Assembly: GCA_050575255.1 (NCBI GenBank)
Contig: JBNZDD010013613.1
Coordinates: forward strand, 1,752,898-1,816,897
DNA from: Harriotta raleighana
Taxonomy: Eukaryota
Reading direction: 5' to 3'
Length of the DNA stretch: 64,000 bases
Shown here piece after piece: positions 63,307 to 64,000 of this stretch; the first letter of the stretch is position 1, and each line of letters starts with the position of its first letter. Position numbers and translations under genes: made by a program. The notes under the pieces were generated by a model. It saw only the letters and a program-made list of their open reading frames with translations. It had not been told where the DNA came from and did not search any database.

Positions 63307-63825
63307 ACAACAACAACAACAAGATTGCATTGATAGAGCGCGTTTCACGTCGGGAGGACGTCCCAAGGCGCTGGACAGTTGGTTTAGGACCCGAGCAGGG
63401 GGAAATGTTACGGGCAAGTGGGGGAGGGTGGGAGCAAGGAGGGGGTAGAGACTTGACAGGGGAGCTGAAGGGACGGTCGAAGAGAAAGGTCTTGAGACCG
63501 GCCTTGAAAGAGTAAAGGGAGGGAGCGAGGCGAAGGCACTGGGGGATGGAGTTCCAGAGCCTGGGGGCTGAGCAGCTGAAAGCCCGGCCGCCAATGGTAG
63601 GGCGGTTAGGGCAGGGGATGTGGAGCAGACCAGAGCCAGAGGAACGGAGGGTACGGGCAGGTAGATAGGGGGATAGTAGGTCAGAGAGGTAGGAGGGAGC
63701 AAGGCCGTGAATGGCCTTGTAGGTGAGGATGAGGATCTTGAATTGGATCCTCTGGGGGATGGGGAGCCAATAAGAGGGTGACATGGGGTGAAGGAGGCCA
63801 AAGTGTTGGTTGGAATGGCCGAGAC
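63307..63825 (-). mobile_element. young L2 LINE 3' fragment
   Basis: WLPIPQRIQFKILILTYKAIHGLAPSYLSDLL...GGRAFSCSAPRLWNSIP...LKTFLF open; (TTG)n tail. Confidence 0.97.
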
Positions 63826-64000
63826 CTAGAAAAATAGAAGCTGCTGCTTAACCTTTCAGCAAAGAAGAAATGTTAATGCAACTGAACCCTAATGTGCCTC
63901 ACTACAGCTTATATATAATATAATGGTACTGTATTAAGAATGCTGTTTATTTTGAATGTATTCAGTTGCTCCACGCTTCTGCCTGGATGGACTGGCTTTT

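Noticed and set aside
63278-63801. Long ORFs here and at 24658, 42815, 49398 and 57319 as host genes
   Set aside because: C-terminal fragments of L2 or CR1 ORF2

Overview
Vertebrate nuclear DNA, almost certainly a cartilaginous fish and probably a chimaera (holocephalan). This is inferred from the repeat content: a tRNA-headed Deu-domain SINE with an L2-type tail and (TTA)n end, an older SacSINE1-like SINE, L2 LINE ends with (TTG)n tails and CR1 ends with an ATTCTATG tail. Much of the window is interspersed repeats: SINE, L2 and CR1 fragments, plus Tc1/mariner (Tigger-like), hAT-Charlie and palindromic MITEs. Most ORFs in the supplied track are repeat-derived or chance. The best gene signal is a minus-strand chain of splice-bounded exons at about 40.4, 38.6, 37.1, 34.5 and 33.2 kb. 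Their phases all agree, but the spliced frame has one internal TAA, and I cannot name the product. There are also microexon candidates (6.3 and 11.3 kb), a TATA/MEF2-like promoter candidate (21.95 kb) and degenerate hammerhead-like cores. Fifteen single-N junctions show a short-read assembly printing both haplotypes side by side, which exposes a 362-bp indel and a probable young L2 insertion. No CRISPR, rRNA, true tRNA gene or prokaryotic system was found. Repeat boundaries are approximate and family names come from memory of consensus sequences, not from a search.
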